From the NCBI RefSeq assembly GCF_006345805.1, contig NC_043000.1:71238001-71302000 (forward strand): a DNA stretch of 64,000 bases, written 5' to 3'. The DNA comes from Octopus sinensis. Lineage: Eukaryota. Shown piece by piece: positions 62,285-64,000 of the stretch. Numbering within the stretch: the first letter of the stretch is position 1; every line of letters begins with the position of its first letter. A program made the translations under genes and the position numbers. The notes beneath the pieces were generated by a model that ran no database searches, was not told where the DNA came from, and saw only the letters and a list, made by a program, of their open reading frames with translations.

Positions 62285-62689
62285 GATAAACCATACATTT
62301 GTGATATTTGTGGTGATACTTTTGCTTCAGCTGATAAACGTAGTGATCATTACCAGATTCATTCAGAAGCGCACCATAGAGGTGAGGATAGTATTACACC
62401 AGCATATCAACAACTACACCAAGTGGTTAGCCCTTTGCCTAAGGCTTACACAAGTTCACAAGAGTTGTATATGACCCTAACACAGCTACCCGGAAACCAA
62501 ACTCCATTACCTGAGGCATCTGCAATGGTTCAGCAAAAGCATGTACCATTCCGAACACATTTGCATCAAGATCAGCAATATTTGGAAATTTGTTCTCCAA
62601 ATGTTGTTGAATCAGCAGCTGTTACAGTTTCAGCACCCATCCTCACAACAGCTATCTCACCAGACTCAAGTTCAATCAGCAAGCCTTGA
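62285..62689 (+). CDS. shn: shn terminal coding exon (DKPYICDICGDTFASADKRSDHYQIH...ISKP*)
   Basis: ATGCAG acceptor; the spliced linker reads H-S-L-D-K-P-Y; stop TGA at 62687-62689. Confidence 0.92.
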   Translation, partial: DKPYICDICGDTFASADKRSDHYQIHSEAHHRGEDSITPAYQQLHQVVSPLPKAYTSSQELYMTLTQLPGNQTPLPEASAMVQQKHVPFRTHLHQDQQYLEICSPNVVESAAVTVSAPILTTAISPDSSSISKP

Positions 62690-63271
62690 AATGGACATAT
62701 TGCCCTTTGGTAATCAAAATCAATTTCAGTGGGAATTATTCCCTTCTGAAGAAATGCAGTATTCTGCAGTGGCATGCAGATAGCATCATATGCAACAACC
62801 AGATAGTCAGTCAATGAAAAGTGCATCCCCTAGAAAATTGCAGCTTAACCTACAGAGGGTTTTTCTGTTTACACAGGGGATATTTTGTTTGAGTGTCTTT
62901 GTTGTCACGGTGCAGAAAGCATTAGGCATGTCTCTTCCGAGGGAGACCAAGCAGAATTTCTTGAATGAGCCCCATGATGGCTTTAATTGCAACCTGCTGA
63001 ATAATGTTGTACCTATTTGATACACTTCCTCAAGCCTGCTCTTCAGTTATGTTTGAGCACTTTTTTCAGGTTGAAACTAAGATGTGTGTATAACACAAGC
63101 CTTTTCTCTTTCCTTGCCTGGGTGACATTTTTGGGTTATCAGGTGTTGAGAGTTACAAAGACATATGAGAATACATAGATCCTTGCAAGGAGAAACCAAA
63201 TACATGTGTATGTGCACGTATGTATGTGTGTGTGTGTGTTTATATATATATATATTACACATATGTATGTA

Positions 63272-63323
<52 letters not shown>

Positions 63324-63413
63324 TGTATATATGTGTACACATATATGTATATTTGTAAATTAATGTGAGTGCACTCAGATATACACACACACTTGTATGT
63401 ATGTACATATATC

Positions 63414-63480
<67 letters not shown>

Positions 63481-64000
63481 GAGACAGAGAGTGATGTGTG
63501 TGTGTATATATTTGTATATATATGATCTTTTGGGGTCAAAGTAGAACAAATTCACTTGACTCTACAGAAATATGCTTCAAATAGGTGAAGATTTTTCTTT
63601 TAACATGCACTTGCACAGATTCACATACATATATACAAATTTAAAAATTAAATACAATGATTAGAATACATTTTTTTTTATTTTTTTAATGACCCACTCC
63701 CATTTGTTGTAATTTAAATCCTGACTCCCTAAATTTGTTCCACAACATATACACTGTCTGATTTTGTTGGGAAATGTCCAAAGTCGGGTTTTATCCATAG
63801 AAGTGCTTGGGGTTGTTTTTAGAGCTTTTATTGAAAAATTTATAAAGTTTGTTTAATCTAATCTGTCTTTCAAAAGTGATATATTGTGTCTTGAAAAATA
63901 TCAGATTCTACCGGAAAGGAGAGAAAAAAAATTTTTTTTTCTGATATATAAAATCCTTATTAGATATCTACTTGTCTGTAGCCAGCTATGCCTCTCTCTC

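Larger units (their letters stand above)
8652..62689 (+). other. shn: Schnurri / HIVEP-family (ZAS) zinc-finger transcription factor gene, multi-exon, about 3,100 aa encoded in window; 5' end probably upstream
   Basis: Diagnostic finger pairs [51 protein letters not shown] and [72 protein letters not shown], followed by an acidic tract. All proposed exons have AG/GT boundaries and their phases chain without a frameshift. Confidence 0.95.

Noticed and set aside
62541-63020. Alternative-frame ORFs overlapping and following the shn stop
   Set aside because: Interrupted by TAG at 62781-62783 and show no domain; most simply 3' UTR.
1-64000. CRISPR array or prokaryotic defence system
   Set aside because: No repeat-spacer array or operon-like structure; the DNA is intron-rich eukaryotic sequence.

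Overview
AT-rich, microsatellite-dense eukaryotic genomic DNA. The SINE, RTE and Helitron families and the divergent 18S fragment point to an octopus (coleoid cephalopod); this is recognition from sequence, not a database result. The + strand carries most of one large gene, a Schnurri/HIVEP (ZAS) zinc-finger transcription factor. Ten phase-compatible coding exons can be chained (8652-8708 tentative, 35288-35716, 38119-42484, 43532-43684, 45820-45863, 46561-46692, 53724-53941, 54133-57510, 61260-61367, 62285-62689), giving about 3,100 aa; the start codon probably lies upstream of the window. The protein has two canonical ZAS finger pairs, two further C2H2-type fingers, a C-terminal finger triplet split over three exons, an AT-hook-like motif and about 24 R-x-S-P-T-like repeats. 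The introns hold two inverted RTE LINEs, an R4/Dong-type LINE with a 5' inversion, a Penelope element with inverted terminal repeats, a mariner, Helitrons, several MITE/foldback families and many SINEs. They also hold a CpG-rich antisense rDNA fragment (putative 5' ETS plus the start of 18S). There are no CRISPR arrays or true tRNA genes. The best leads are the S-P repeat domain and finger architecture of Shn, the intronic rDNA fragment, several readable retrotransposition footprints, and the many long hairpins in the pre-mRNA.
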